Part shown: in pieces, positions 35,065 to 46,238 of the stretch | Numbering within the stretch: position 1 is the stretch's first letter | Layout: every line of letters begins with the position of its first letter | Source of the DNA: Flectonema sp. DT1601 | Lineage: Eukaryota | Reading direction: 5' to 3' | Assembly: GCA_964019425.1 (NCBI GenBank) | Contig: OZ025789.1 | Span: forward strand, 930,001 to 994,000 | DNA length: 64,000 bases | Notes under the pieces: generated by a model | Told to the model about the DNA's origin: nothing | The model's input: only the letters and a program-made list of their open reading frames with translations | The model's database searches: none | Program-made: the position numbers and the translations under genes

Positions 35065-37284
35065 CTATCTTGGAGAAGGTATACCCGCCCGCGACAATAT
35101 AGAATCGTATGCTGTGGATCTGGCTGCTTGTCGTTGTTGAAGACGCTGAAGTAAATCACCCGACTCAGGTTGAACAGGATTGATGACAGGTGTGATGGCT
35201 GGTGTAACTGGAACAGGAGATGGTACCACTACTGATTGTAGTATTGATGTTCTAACAGGAGGATTTAGTAGCCTAGCAGCTGATGATGCCGCAGACATAT
35301 ACCTGGCGGTGTTTAAGGCAGCTTCGATAATCTCATCTTCAGTCTTCCGACGAGGAGGTTGAACAATTCTGACCGGTGAAACAGATGTCCTTCTCCTCGG
35401 TGAGACTGTTGGTAGTTCCATAGCAGCTCCAATATTCCCTCGAGGATTCCCTTTCAAAGGAGAGATATTCAACCTCCTCCAAGGACTGCTATGTCTCGAC
35501 TCAATCCTAACACGAGGTGGTGATCTTGGCACCACTCTTGGAGGTGATTTCGGAGCCGTCTGCATAGATGACAAACAAAGATCATCAACAACAGCCAACC
35601 TATCAGTTACGTAAGTAAATAATATATCTAACCTACCACGAGTATCATTTAATATTTGTGGTAGCAACTTGTCAGAGAAGGTATCCCCACCTGATGACTC
35701 TTTGGGAGGATTTCGCATTAGCTCTTCAATAATATTTGAAAGTTGATCACATCGGGAATCGAACTGGTCATTTTTCTCCCTCAACAGCTGAAGCTCTGCT
35801 GATAAGGAGTCAATGTCGCTGGTGGTTCCTGTCATGGAGTTTATTAGATTTTGAAGTCTTAATTCAAGTTCTGATTTCTCTTCAGCAATTGAATTTATCA
35901 GTTTTTGTGATAACTCGTGTCTTGTTCGTAGGTCTGTTAGGTGTGCTTCGAGACCTTGGTCGTTGTCGGCGAGTAAAGCGTTTATCTTTCTTTCTAACTT
36001 TCCAAGTCGATCAGTCTGATTAGGAATCTGACTCACAAGACCAGCAACATTTGTTTCTATAGCGATAAGTCGAGGAAATCCTTCAGAGTCAAGCCACTGT
36101 TTATGTGCCCTAGATATTCCATCGAGTATTTTTGAATGAATTCGGTTTCTTTCAGCATTCCGTTTTAACCTTTGATAGTACGTCGCCATCTGTTGCTTTG
36201 AAGAAGTCAATCCTATCTGTTGTGCTATTTTTCTTTTTAAAGTTTTACTTTTAAACATTCTAATGTACATCAACCATTTTGATAGATATCTCCTCCTCAA
36301 TACAACTGATCTGTTTTCACAGAAGGCATCCCACGCCAGTTGTTTTCCTTTCTTTTTACGAACTTCCATCCTGTGCAGTGCTACTTTGTTATAATATTTT
36401 AACACCAACAGTCGAGATGATCTCGCTATGAACGCATCCTTGATTGGTTGTAGTTTACGTACGTTTATTTGATGTAGTCTGAAGAGACCTAATCTTCTAA
36501 AGGACACTCTGATTGCTCTCGTATGAACGCCTAGTAAGAGTCTTATAGAAGCTTCTCTCATAGAATGATAACGATTTTTTTGTGATTTGGTGTGTTCAAT
36601 CCACATATCATAATATATCCTGTAGTACATTCCGTTATTAGTCAAAGCGAGGTATCTCAGAGCTCTTCGAGTTCGTTTTGCTTGAGAACGAAGGTTTGAA
36701 AATCTTTTCCATCGATCAAACATCTGTGATCGGATTGCTCTGCTGCTTCCTCTACAGATTCTTGATAGTACTTGTCGTAGTTTAATCCATCGTAGCCAGG
36801 TATGAAATGATCCTTTTGATATTTTATCAAGGTTCTTTGATCTTAGATATTGTGCTGCGACCTTGCCATGTGCCAACCTGTTTCGGGATATCTTTAACTC
36901 CATTGCTCGAAGTCGTAAATCTAAGTCAGACTGATGTTGTTCCAATAGGTCGTTGTATTTCTGTTGATTTATTTCACACTTACAATTACATTTACACGAT
37001 ATGGTTATTGGTGGTTCTTCTCGAGGTTTTTTCGGAGGTGATTTCTTCACAACTGGTGCTCTTCGTGGAGGTGACAACCCCCTGTCTATTAGAAAAGTGT
37101 TATTCGGATGTCTATTTCTTGGAATGCTTCTGAAATCATCAAGTAAAGCAGCAACACTACTCTCTCTTGGTACTAATGGTGTTTGAAGTTTATTTAACAT
37201 CGATCCACTCACAGGCATATTAGGAACGTCGACAAACATCGATGCGTCCACCCAGTCTTGGGTAGTCCGGGCGGATGACGGCAT
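35065..37284 (-). CDS. Basic helical/coiled-coil protein with Sfi1-like repeats (possible centrin binder)
   Basis: 739-aa ORF; recurring FxxW motifs (FHTWLRW, FDRWKRF, YDMWIEH, LSKWLMY), then a coiled coil and an SP-rich tail. Confidence 0.7.
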   Translation of the reverse strand: MPSSARTTQDWVDASMFVDVPNMPVSGSMLNKLQTPLVPRESSVAALLDDFRSIPRNRHPNNTFLIDRGLSPPRRAPVVKKSPPKKPREEPPITISCKCNCKCEINQQKYNDLLEQHQSDLDLRLRAMELKISRNRLAHGKVAAQYLRSKNLDKISKGSFHTWLRWIKLRQVLSRICRGSSRAIRSQMFDRWKRFSNLRSQAKRTRRALRYLALTNNGMYYRIYYDMWIEHTKSQKNRYHSMREASIRLLLGVHTRAIRVSFRRLGLFRLHQINVRKLQPIKDAFIARSSRLLVLKYYNKVALHRMEVRKKKGKQLAWDAFCENRSVVLRRRYLSKWLMYIRMFKSKTLKRKIAQQIGLTSSKQQMATYYQRLKRNAERNRIHSKILDGISRAHKQWLDSEGFPRLIAIETNVAGLVSQIPNQTDRLGKLERKINALLADNDQGLEAHLTDLRTRHELSQKLINSIAEEKSELELRLQNLINSMTGTTSDIDSLSAELQLLREKNDQFDSRCDQLSNIIEELMRNPPKESSGGDTFSDKLLPQILNDTRGRLDILFTYVTDRLAVVDDLCLSSMQTAPKSPPRVVPRSPPRVRIESRHSSPWRRLNISPLKGNPRGNIGAAMELPTVSPRRRTSVSPVRIVQPPRRKTEDEIIEAALNTARYMSAASSAARLLNPPVRTSILQSVVVPSPVPVTPAITPVINPVQPESGDLLQRLQQRQAARSTAYDSILSRAGIPSPR

Positions 37285-37453
37285 CTTTCTTAACCTGAAA
37301 AAACTGAATTAAATAATGTAACCAAATTTATCATTATAGATTGTTATGAATAGGAAATTTAACAAAAAAAAAAAAAAAAAAAAAAAGGATTTCAATAGTA
37401 ACAAATACCTTCCTGTGTAAATAGTTAGTATGAGAAGGTATAAGGATAAATAA

Positions 37454-37545
37454 TCAGTCAGTCAGTCAGTCAGTCAGTCAGTCAGTCAGTCAGTCAGTCA
37501 GTCAGTCAGTCAGTCAGTCAGTCAGTCAGTCAGTCAGTCAGTCAG
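37454..37545. repeat. (TCAG)n tetranucleotide microsatellite, about 23 units
   Basis: Directly visible; overlaps the stop codon of the gene at 37538. Confidence 0.97.
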
Positions 37546-40500
37546 CAATGTATCCTCCAGAATTATAATTATCAAAATGCCTCAAAAGTGTTGTTCTACA
37601 TTTCGAAGTTCCAATTCGGTTTGTTTTCTGTTGAGGATTCGACAGCAGTTTTTCAATGATCGCAGCGATTCGAGATTGTTTTTTTTTAACTTTGTGAGGC
37701 TTTGAATTCGTTGATGATGACCTACGCTGGGTTTTTCTATGAGCGCGAAGTAGATGACGCAAAGAAGGATCTTTTATTAAGTTAGTCGGAAATGATAATA
37801 ACCCTCTCACTGGAACTGGAGCTGAATTAGGTTCTGAGAACTTTCTCTGACCTGTGTAAACACAAGACGCCGCTCCTGATCGAAATCCGAGAGGGTCTTC
37901 AAACTGTTTGACAGCTGAAGAATCAGGTGATTGAAACTGATATTTCTTTTCGACTTTTTTCGGATTCAGAGACACATCATTCCACCATCCTGGAACCCTT
38001 CGTATTTGATGACTATTAGGACACGATGGTGAGATGTTGTGTTTTGCTAAAACCCTTCGACGAAGACGTCTGGTAGGACCCTGCAACAGAATGTCAGATA
38101 GTGAAATAGCTCTGCAGTCTTCTTTGTCATCCGTAGCTAAAACTTTATCAGGTGAGGCTGCTATTTGAATATCATTCGAAGCATCGTGAGATGGCGTACA
38201 GTCAGCTATCTCTAACTCACCAACACTTGAATTAGTTCCTCCCGTTAGTATTCTATCAGAGGAGAAACTGATATCAATATTTTGTGTATTTAATCCGTCA
38301 GATGAGTTGGTTCTGCTGATTTGTGTTGTCGGCATTCCACCAAAAGAAGAATGAGGAGAACTACTATCAACACAACAACAACTAACACATAATGATCCAG
38401 ATACCATTGAAACCACAACCAAGTGTTTTAAAAGCCAAGACGGAATGCTCGTTTTCGATGATCTTCTGTTCGATAATTTTTGAGTTGTTAAATTACAAAG
38501 AACGGCAGCGGTGAGAGTCATGGCGGGTACGAGTGATTCGAACGTCCAACTTTCCATAATTTGATGAACAAGTAGATCAGTTTCTTTTCTAATAACCTCA
38601 GTATCACCTTGCTGTAGAGTCCACGAATAGAATAGCTCACCTGATGAGTCAGATAATTCTTCTTTCGGGACTGACTTAATAGTTTGATCGAACTCAAACA
38701 ATGCAACAAGAGATAATTTTAATGAACGTACCCAGGTAGCAGAAGTTCCCCTCCAGGGTTGGTCTGGCTTTGGAGGCTGTACCGCGTTGTTTTTATTTTT
38801 ATTTTTTTTTAAAAAATTTTTTGGAACAGCTACCGCTGTTGGTATTGCCATCGTACCTGAATTCTGAGATCGATTTCTCATAGCACTGACGCCAACTTTT
38901 TGTAGAAAAGTTGTGAAATCGGTCGCTTGTCTGTTCTCTTTACTACTTAAAAGTTCTACTGCTTTCATATTTCTTGAGACGACCCGTTCTTCTTCATCAA
39001 GTTCTGCAAGACTAAGGTTTGTACTGTGCTCTTCTTCAATACAGTTTTGTTCTTTAATCAGATCCAGTAAATGACAATTAATTCCTTCCTGTGCTAGTAG
39101 TAGTGTGATGTGATCGTCTGTGTCAACGATAACTTCAGAAGTAAGCTCAATTTTATAAAGTAGATATTCAGTGAGGCGTCTTTCGTAACGAAGTGATTTC
39201 ATCGCGTGTTGAAAATGTTGTTCAGAGTGAGTTTCGAATAGTTTTTTTGTTTTTATGACCGGACGAAGGACCCTTTCTCTCGCTTTGTAACTTTGAATCG
39301 CAGAAATGTGTTTTGAATAGTTTCGCTTTGCGGCTAAAACTCTGGCGTTGGCTTCTCGAGTTTTGGCCATCCTCGCGTTTGATGTTTCTTCTGACTGAGC
39401 GAAGTCGTTCCATAGACGCAGTTCATCCGCAGTCAGTTCCGGTTTTTCTTGATTTTCAGTTTGAATCAGCTCCTCTTCCAGATTCTTTATCATCATCGTC
39501 GTTGTTGTTTTTGTACTGCTGTCTCTCGTTGATTCTAATTCCTTACGATATGCTTCTATAGCGGATGCTATGGATTGCATCTTTTCTTGACACTTTTTAT
39601 TGTGTTTTTCGATTTCGAATACCTTTCGTCTTGCTGCTTTGCCAAGTTTCGCGTCAACTAATTTCGTTACAGTGTCGGAAGATTTCGTTGATACTTTTGT
39701 AAGTTGTTTTCCATGATTAATCCACGCTTTCTTTTCTTCAGCGTTAAGCTGTAGTTCTTCTTCTTTTAGTGTGAGCGCTGCGTCGAGCTCTGATTCTCGT
39801 TTTCTAGCATTTGAAAGCCAAGTGAGTAGTGTTTGCTTTTCACCTCTCCAAGCCAAGGCCTTTCTGGGATTTATGTATTCTTTATCGAGTTCAATTTCGA
39901 CATCTTCTAATCGCCGACATTTACTTGCCAGTTCGTGTCGGTGTTCAGCAAGGGCTGCTCTGTGGTCAGCAATGGCTTTGTGTAGTTCATCTTCTTTCTT
40001 CTTTGCAGTCGCCAGTCTGACTGATAACGAGATCTGATTTTCAATTTGAATATTCTTCTCAACCTTTTCTCTTAACGTTACGGAAGCAATTGATGAAGAA
40101 CGTCGCTTGTCCACAGCGACAGATGGAGACTTTGAATCACTCGTCTGACTTTCAGGAAGTGATTTTACAGACGCGATTGACGATGAGCGTTGCTTGCCTG
40201 GTACAGGTGGAGGCTTTAAACTAAACATTACTTCTGTCTGACTATCAGTAAGAGACTTGACGATAGAAACAGTTGATGAAGAGCGTCGCTTGTCCACAGC
40301 GACAGATGGTGACTTCATATCGGAGACCCCTCCTGTTTGACGTTCAGACGGTGATTTAATGATTGATGACCGCCTCCGGTCTGTGGCGGCAGGGGACGAT
40401 TTCGAATCGGGTGAAATTGTCCGAGTCTCAGGTGAATCGACAATAGACACAACTGAGGCTCGTCGTTTCTCTTCAGACGGAGATCGTAAGTCAACAGATT

Positions 40501-40927
40501 GCCGTCTGGATAACTGATCTACAGAATTGACTGCCCGTGGTTTTCTTAATATAAACTGCTGCTCCAGATCATCAGATAACGGTGCTTGGATTGATACAAC
40601 TGTTGGAGTACGAGCACAACGCGGCTGTTGGATAATCGTCGGGGCGTCACGTTTAAGTGATTGAGCTCTCTCCCTTCGAGTAGTCAACCTCCTAGCCCCT
40701 GAGATTACTTTTAATTCATTGCGTCGATACCATTTAACATCCATTGTTGGTCCTCTAACGAGATATGGTGTTTCACCTCCGGCTTCCATTATTATTTCAC
40801 CAACTTCATCTTTTCCCAGGACGTAATCTTCACCAAATACGGTTGCTGTTACTCTATCTCCCTTTTTTAATAACGTCGTAGGCTCTTCAGCTTCATCCTT
40901 TTGATCTTCGTTGTCATCGCTGGACAT
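37538..40927 (-). CDS. Large protein: N-terminal SH3/KOW-like module, Ser/Arg-rich repeats, coiled coil
   Basis: Likely start MSSDDNE at 40927; LKKGDRVTAT...GEI...PYLVRG...WY module; duplicated KSPSVAVDKRRSSS; long heptad region. Confidence 0.75.
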   Translation of the reverse strand: MSSDDNEDQKDEAEEPTTLLKKGDRVTATVFGEDYVLGKDEVGEIIMEAGGETPYLVRGPTMDVKWYRRNELKVISGARRLTTRRERAQSLKRDAPTIIQQPRCARTPTVVSIQAPLSDDLEQQFILRKPRAVNSVDQLSRRQSVDLRSPSEEKRRASVVSIVDSPETRTISPDSKSSPAATDRRRSSIIKSPSERQTGGVSDMKSPSVAVDKRRSSSTVSIVKSLTDSQTEVMFSLKPPPVPGKQRSSSIASVKSLPESQTSDSKSPSVAVDKRRSSSIASVTLREKVEKNIQIENQISLSVRLATAKKKEDELHKAIADHRAALAEHRHELASKCRRLEDVEIELDKEYINPRKALAWRGEKQTLLTWLSNARKRESELDAALTLKEEELQLNAEEKKAWINHGKQLTKVSTKSSDTVTKLVDAKLGKAARRKVFEIEKHNKKCQEKMQSIASAIEAYRKELESTRDSSTKTTTTMMIKNLEEELIQTENQEKPELTADELRLWNDFAQSEETSNARMAKTREANARVLAAKRNYSKHISAIQSYKARERVLRPVIKTKKLFETHSEQHFQHAMKSLRYERRLTEYLLYKIELTSEVIVDTDDHITLLLAQEGINCHLLDLIKEQNCIEEEHSTNLSLAELDEEERVVSRNMKAVELLSSKENRQATDFTTFLQKVGVSAMRNRSQNSGTMAIPTAVAVPKNFLKKNKNKNNAVQPPKPDQPWRGTSATWVRSLKLSLVALFEFDQTIKSVPKEELSDSSGELFYSWTLQQGDTEVIRKETDLLVHQIMESWTFESLVPAMTLTAAVLCNLTTQKLSNRRSSKTSIPSWLLKHLVVVSMVSGSLCVSCCCVDSSSPHSSFGGMPTTQISRTNSSDGLNTQNIDISFSSDRILTGGTNSSVGELEIADCTPSHDASNDIQIAASPDKVLATDDKEDCRAISLSDILLQGPTRRLRRRVLAKHNISPSCPNSHQIRRVPGWWNDVSLNPKKVEKKYQFQSPDSSAVKQFEDPLGFRSGAASCVYTGQRKFSEPNSAPVPVRGLLSFPTNLIKDPSLRHLLRAHRKTQRRSSSTNSKPHKVKKKQSRIAAIIEKLLSNPQQKTNRIGTSKCRTTLLRHFDNYNSGGYIAD

Positions 40928-41211
40928 AGTTTCTATGCGCAACCTGCTTGGATTATATAACTTTCTGACTTGCTGTCCATTAGTACGTTTTAACTGTTCT
41001 GGGAAAGAATGGTACAACTCTTTTTGTAATAATACTACATTGAGTGGGACTAAATATTGTAACCGGCGTATTTTTTTCAAAAAAAAAAAAAAAAAGTAAA
41101 CAAATTGTAGAACACAGAAGGCTCTCAAATCAAATAAATGTTCGCGTCATCATCACAACGTACGGCATAAGGATCTCATATTGTGGATGTATTATAGTTT
41201 TGTGTAGTCTC

Positions 41212-42039
41212 TCACTTTGATCCATAAACACCAGTTGCAATAGATGACGTTAAGTTAGCGAAAGCTAAGAATTTCTTGTTTATAATATAACGAGACATGG
41301 CGACGTCGGTTGCTACTAAACGACCGTTGCAGTGGATTCCAATTTTACCTCCTCCTTGGATGGTGTGGCCAACAACGATTCTGTTGACTTGATCACCAAC
41401 CTTTAACAATTCAGAAAGAACGCTGTCGACCATCGCACACTCTCCACGAAGTGCCTGAGAGACCATCTCACGAGTCCAGAGAGGACCACTTGGTCCAAGA
41501 AGTGGAGAGTTCCAATTCTCTGTTGAGATCGCACTGTTGATCTCTGATTTCAGTCGAGTGATCCCTAACTTAGCCAGTTCCTTAGTCATTCCACCATGTA
41601 CAAACATTGTACCATTTACGAGTGCCATTGTTGGACTCTGTCTTAAGAATTGACCCATTTCACCCTGAACTTGAAATGCTGCTCGTCGATCCTTTTTTGA
41701 ATTGAATGGTAGATACTCATCAGGATGAACATATGCTTGAACACCTTGTAAGTTCATTAATTCATGATTACCCATTATTGTAATCACATCACCTCCTTGA
41801 GTCTTAGCTTGTGCTTTTAGATTTCTAAAGAGTCGTAAAATCTTTGTACCATCAGGTCCCCTGTCGTAGATGTCGCCTAATTGAACGACGACAGTGTCCG
41901 CTCCTGACCAATTACCATCGTCTGTAGCAACACCAGCAAGTTGTAATACTGCAATTGCTTTATCATAATCTCCGTGTAGGTCACCAATACCAATTAGTTG
42001 ACCTGCCAGAGCTACAGCAGTCAGTATCAGAAATAACAT
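41212..42039 (-). CDS. Shewanella-like protein phosphatase (metallophosphoesterase) with signal peptide
   Basis: GDLHG, GDIYDRG, GNHE, VHGG, GPLWTR, VVGHTIQ and DVAMS motifs. Confidence 0.9.
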   Translation of the reverse strand: MLFLILTAVALAGQLIGIGDLHGDYDKAIAVLQLAGVATDDGNWSGADTVVVQLGDIYDRGPDGTKILRLFRNLKAQAKTQGGDVITIMGNHELMNLQGVQAYVHPDEYLPFNSKKDRRAAFQVQGEMGQFLRQSPTMALVNGTMFVHGGMTKELAKLGITRLKSEINSAISTENWNSPLLGPSGPLWTREMVSQALRGECAMVDSVLSELLKVGDQVNRIVVGHTIQGGGKIGIHCNGRLVATDVAMSRYIINKKFLAFANLTSSIATGVYGSK

Positions 42040-43171
42040 TATGCAGTGCTCTGGGGATCTGGGAGGGACCTGGAAAAGATGTTATTATAATCAGTTCTTC
42101 TTATAAACAGATGATCACTATCACTACTAATTGTAATGGTCGTAAAGTATAACCTGATACTGGAGGAGGGGGTGAAAAAATAATTTTTATCCAAATCAGT
42201 ACATCATCTTAAACCAAAAGTACTCAAACAGACCAAAACTCAAATCATCAGCGACCGCTGATGCTTATAATTGCCTCTGAGATGGGAAGGGGAGGGCAAT
42301 CGGATCACTCTTACTCGAAATCACAACCCAAAAAGAGTAAGGAACTAAGTAGTGGATGTGATACGTAAAATATTGCTTTCAGACAGTAGTTCCACTACAG
42401 GAGGAGAATAAAGAAAGTAAAAAACTCAATACTACTTGTAGAAAAAGGAAACCAGGAAATGCTATTCCCAATTATTCAAAACGCTAATTACTAACCCAGG
42501 TAGAAAAAACAAAAAGAGCAAAAAAAAAAAGCAAACTAATGCCCTCCCAAACAAAACAAACAGATTCTCTCCCCAGAGTGTAACGCCTACCTTGTTAGAA
42601 TAAAGGAAGACAGAACAATTGCAATGAAAGACTCATATTATGATCAATAATGTCTTTTCTACTATTGGTTTAAACACTACTAATAATTGTGTGGTGGTAT
42701 TAATTGCAAGTTTTTTTCATTCATAGCTAAAGGCTGATTCATTATTAAAGTCTGTTTTTGTTGTTGTTTTTTTGTTTTTGGTTTTTTCCCCGTTCTCCTT
42801 TTTTTTTTTTCCAGTCCTACGTATTAGAAGGAGAAAATCAAAACTGAGTAAATTATAAACAACGAAGGGGGAAAAAAAAAGAAAGAAAAAGAGAGAAAAG
42901 CAAGAAACACAGCAGGGTGCCTACTGAGTTTCTCATCCCAGTCAAGGGTGGCATGACAATCTCTCTTTGTTTGTGGTGTTTTTGTGCTTTTTTTTGTTTT
43001 TTATTTTTTTTTTTTTTTATCTCACATGGAAGAATATTATAAAAGAAAAAACCAATCTCCCATTAAAAGCAACAAAAAAAATGAAAAAAAAAAAAAAAAA
43101 TTTAAATTACAGAAAATCTACAACGGAAAGGAATACACTCTACCACTAATAACAGGCTGATATGCCCTTTG

Positions 43172-43783
43172 CTAATGAACAAGGGTATTGTAATAAGAGA
43201 GTTCTCCTTTGGCAGCGTAGTACAACCACTCAAGATGACGTGGTTGTAAACCAGAACCACTTGAAAGAGGAAGAATAGAGGCGTTGATAATATTTGCTTT
43301 GGCATCAGCGATGTTTTTTCGATCATCATCAGCGAAGACTAACCGACAAGGAGTATAACGGTTGCATATCTCAACAAGTTTTTTACCTTTTGAACGTGAA
43401 TTACATGAGATTACCTCCGTGACAAACCCATCAAGTCCTCCTAAACGAAGGCAGTGCAAGACTACATTGTGTGTGTTAAGAGTTAGGATTATTATTTCAC
43501 AACCAACTTCATGTTTGAGATCCGACAAGAAGTTTTGTAGACTACGAAGTCTTCCCGGAGGAGAATCGAATACCATTTCAGGTGTTAAGCTGCCCAACTC
43601 TTTCTCAGTTAACTGAGTCTTACCACAATGTAAACACGTCAAGGTCATGTCGAAATCCAATACCATAACTGGCGCACCATCACCTCCAACAGTCTTTCGC
43701 TTTTGAGCAAGTGCTGTTTTTAGTGGAACTTTTTGAAGCTGCCGCTGAGTCTCATCCTGCTCAGAACTGCTACACGCCCCCAT
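43172..43783 (-). CDS. HAD-superfamily phosphatase-like protein, likely N-myristoylated
   Basis: MGACSS N-terminus; motif I VLDFDMTL; motif IV FADDD. Confidence 0.8.
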   Translation of the reverse strand: MGACSSSEQDETQRQLQKVPLKTALAQKRKTVGGDGAPVMVLDFDMTLTCLHCGKTQLTEKELGSLTPEMVFDSPPGRLRSLQNFLSDLKHEVGCEIIILTLNTHNVVLHCLRLGGLDGFVTEVISCNSRSKGKKLVEICNRYTPCRLVFADDDRKNIADAKANIINASILPLSSGSGLQPRHLEWLYYAAKGELSYYNTLVH

Positions 43784-44014
43784 TTATATTATTATGGGGA
43801 GGGTGACTGAAATGTTAGATATTTATAAAAGGATGATGGGGAAAGAAAACAAAACAAATGCCGAGTATTCATCTGCTGTCATTTTCTGTTGATTTTTGTG
43901 TATTTGAGTCACCTGCAGAAATAGTAATCACCAAGTCTGTTGCACAAATTACTCCAAAAAAAAAACAAGAATTTAATTAGCATTCTTAGACAGTGCCACC
44001 AATCTGCTTTGCTA

Positions 44015-44548
44015 TTAGATATCGCGTAGGGCGCTTCGTAACATTTCAATCATTTTACCGAACATTTCAGGCCTGTCAGTCTTTTTTACATAATTTGAGA
44101 GTAGTTTAGTGTAATAATATTTCTCTACGTGGACTAACTTCCAGGCTAGTTGGCTCTCTCCGACTTCTTTTGATAGGACTGCCGCCTCGTGGAGGGATTT
44201 TGTGAAGAGGTCGCTGCAGATTAGACCAACGCCTCCCCTTTTAAGAATTTTGAGAAAGTAACGAAGACTTTTTTCATTTTTACCTTCTTCTTTAAAACGT
44301 TCAGCCTTTGTCATTAATTCTGACAGCTCGGCTGTATCATCATAGTCACTGTCACTGTCGTCGTCACTTTCTATCGTCACGATTTTTTCATTTTTTATAA
44401 ACATCCACCAAAGCAGACCTATCAGAACAACAGTGGTTACGCCTATAAATTCTGGGCCTACATACTCATGACTAGCCCAATCTAACCATTGAATTGTTGA
44501 TTCCCAAGCCGTTGAGTCTTCACCAACTGACAACAAATTGAAACTCAT
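44015..44548 (-). CDS. Single-pass membrane protein with TPR-like helices
   Basis: TM segment FIGVTTVVLIGLLWWMFI, acidic linker, helical repeat AERFKEEGKNEKSLRYF. Confidence 0.65.
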   Translation of the reverse strand: MSFNLLSVGEDSTAWESTIQWLDWASHEYVGPEFIGVTTVVLIGLLWWMFIKNEKIVTIESDDDSDSDYDDTAELSELMTKAERFKEEGKNEKSLRYFLKILKRGGVGLICSDLFTKSLHEAAVLSKEVGESQLAWKLVHVEKYYYTKLLSNYVKKTDRPEMFGKMIEMLRSALRDI

Positions 44549-44930
44549 GTGGGCATCTAGCTCTGAAAAATGAACGAATTAGTGAACCTATTTTTGATTG
44601 AGGGCAGCAACACAAATGAACTCACTTTTATTGGGGTCATCTCTTCCTGTAGTATAAACAATGAGAACATTAAAATACGTAATAAAAAGAGCTTTACGCT
44701 ATTCTACACCCCAACCTTGACTTCCAAGGCAGGGTTTACAGATATTCTAAATTAGATAACAAAAAGTAAAAGTACACATCTCTGGCAAGTTTAGTACGTA
44801 AAGAAAGAAAGGTTCCGTAGAGTTAACACAAATCTATATCCGCAATATGCAGATTGGTTCTGTTTATAATAATAAACGTTCCGGGGAAAAACGGAAATCT
44901 TACATTGAGACAAAAGAAAAAGTCGCAATG

Positions 44931-46238
44931 TTAACAAGGAGGAAGTAAGGAGCCAACATGCATATCTCTCAGGGCAGTCTCGTATAGTGGTTCTTCTGGT
45001 TCGGCTCCTCTGGTCATCATTTTGCAGGCCTTCACCATTGCAGTGCCTCTCTCTTGATGGATGCCCAGAACTTCCTTGAACTCCGCGATTATCTTTCTTT
45101 TTCCGACCTTGCGTTTATTACGAAGCATTTCACCGACTCGGGTTAGCTTCAGTTCTGATTTCGCATCGAGGACTTTAAGATCAGAAGCGAGCTCATTAAG
45201 AGGGAGATTATCCTCATATGATGGAGGGTGTGCTAAGAGTGCTTGATGAGAAACTGGAGCAACATTGTTCTTGGCATACGGAAGTTGCTTTTCTACCATT
45301 TGAGAAACAAAATTAGAACGAACTGCGAGATCACCAACAGATTTTGCCGAAGGATTCAATCGAAGAGGTTGCTCAGCATCGATCCCTCCCATCGTACTTT
45401 CACCATAACCAGAATCAAGAACTTCGAGTGGGTCTGCTGAAGGGAAGTCTTTAGGCATTGTTGTCTTTGGGTCATTTAATAGTTCTCCACCAGCAAGAAT
45501 CTTTAACTCATCATATGATAAGGGTTTATTAGTATCAGCGAGTGCATCAGCAAGCTGTCTATGAAGAGTTCCCTTATTACCGGGAGTACCATATCCACTA
45601 CCAGTAGTCATGTACTGTTTTGGTATCTTCTGCTGTTGATGTTTGAGTTGTGGCTGTGGTTGTGATTGTGATTTCATTGGAGAATATCTGCTGGTCGGTT
45701 TTAATGAAGATTTTGGAGCAGTCAACTGACTGTTACTTGGATAAGAAGGGAATCCCATGAAATCATTTAACGCCTCAGCCATGGGACCCGTCGGAGGTGA
45801 TGCCGCTGCCACACGAGCAGCAACAGGTGTGTCATCAAAAGAATAATTATTTCCTGACGGGTAATCACGACCTGATTGATAATTGTAAGTCTTTGTAGGG
45901 TGTTCAATTGTATGTCTTGGTTGTGGTGCTTGTTCTCTTGCATAGAATCCATCACCTCCGCTATTCGAAAACTTTGTATCTTCACCTGTTGGATCAAAAC
46001 TACTTGGCTTTCTCACTTGAGAAACATGTTGCGGCATGGGACAGTTCTCTCCACCAGAACTTCTGAACCCTTCCACTGCTGCCTTTCTTCTTTCATAGTA
46101 TTCAGCCCCCTGTTGAGTTCTCTCATTCCCTTTCTGAGGTGTGGCCATCGATCCTTTTATATTTTGGATCGTATTAAGTGCGCTTCTCAAGTGTCCTCGC
46201 AAAGCTTCCTTCTCACCTGCGGCATGTGAAGGATGCAT
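44931..46238 (-). CDS. Hypothetical protein, largely disordered with helical C-terminus
   Basis: 435-aa ATG..TAA ORF with coding-like composition. No family recognised. Confidence 0.75.
   Translation of the reverse strand: MHPSHAAGEKEALRGHLRSALNTIQNIKGSMATPQKGNERTQQGAEYYERRKAAVEGFRSSGGENCPMPQHVSQVRKPSSFDPTGEDTKFSNSGGDGFYAREQAPQPRHTIEHPTKTYNYQSGRDYPSGNNYSFDDTPVAARVAAASPPTGPMAEALNDFMGFPSYPSNSQLTAPKSSLKPTSRYSPMKSQSQPQPQLKHQQQKIPKQYMTTGSGYGTPGNKGTLHRQLADALADTNKPLSYDELKILAGGELLNDPKTTMPKDFPSADPLEVLDSGYGESTMGGIDAEQPLRLNPSAKSVGDLAVRSNFVSQMVEKQLPYAKNNVAPVSHQALLAHPPSYEDNLPLNELASDLKVLDAKSELKLTRVGEMLRNKRKVGKRKIIAEFKEVLGIHQERGTAMVKACKMMTRGAEPEEPLYETALRDMHVGSLLPPC

Noticed and set aside
42195..42263. Possible small box C/D snoRNA (TGATGA...CTGA on the minus strand) next to hairpin CATCAGCG/CGCTGATG
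   Set aside because: The motifs are short enough to occur by chance, and no rRNA-complementary guide was recognised.
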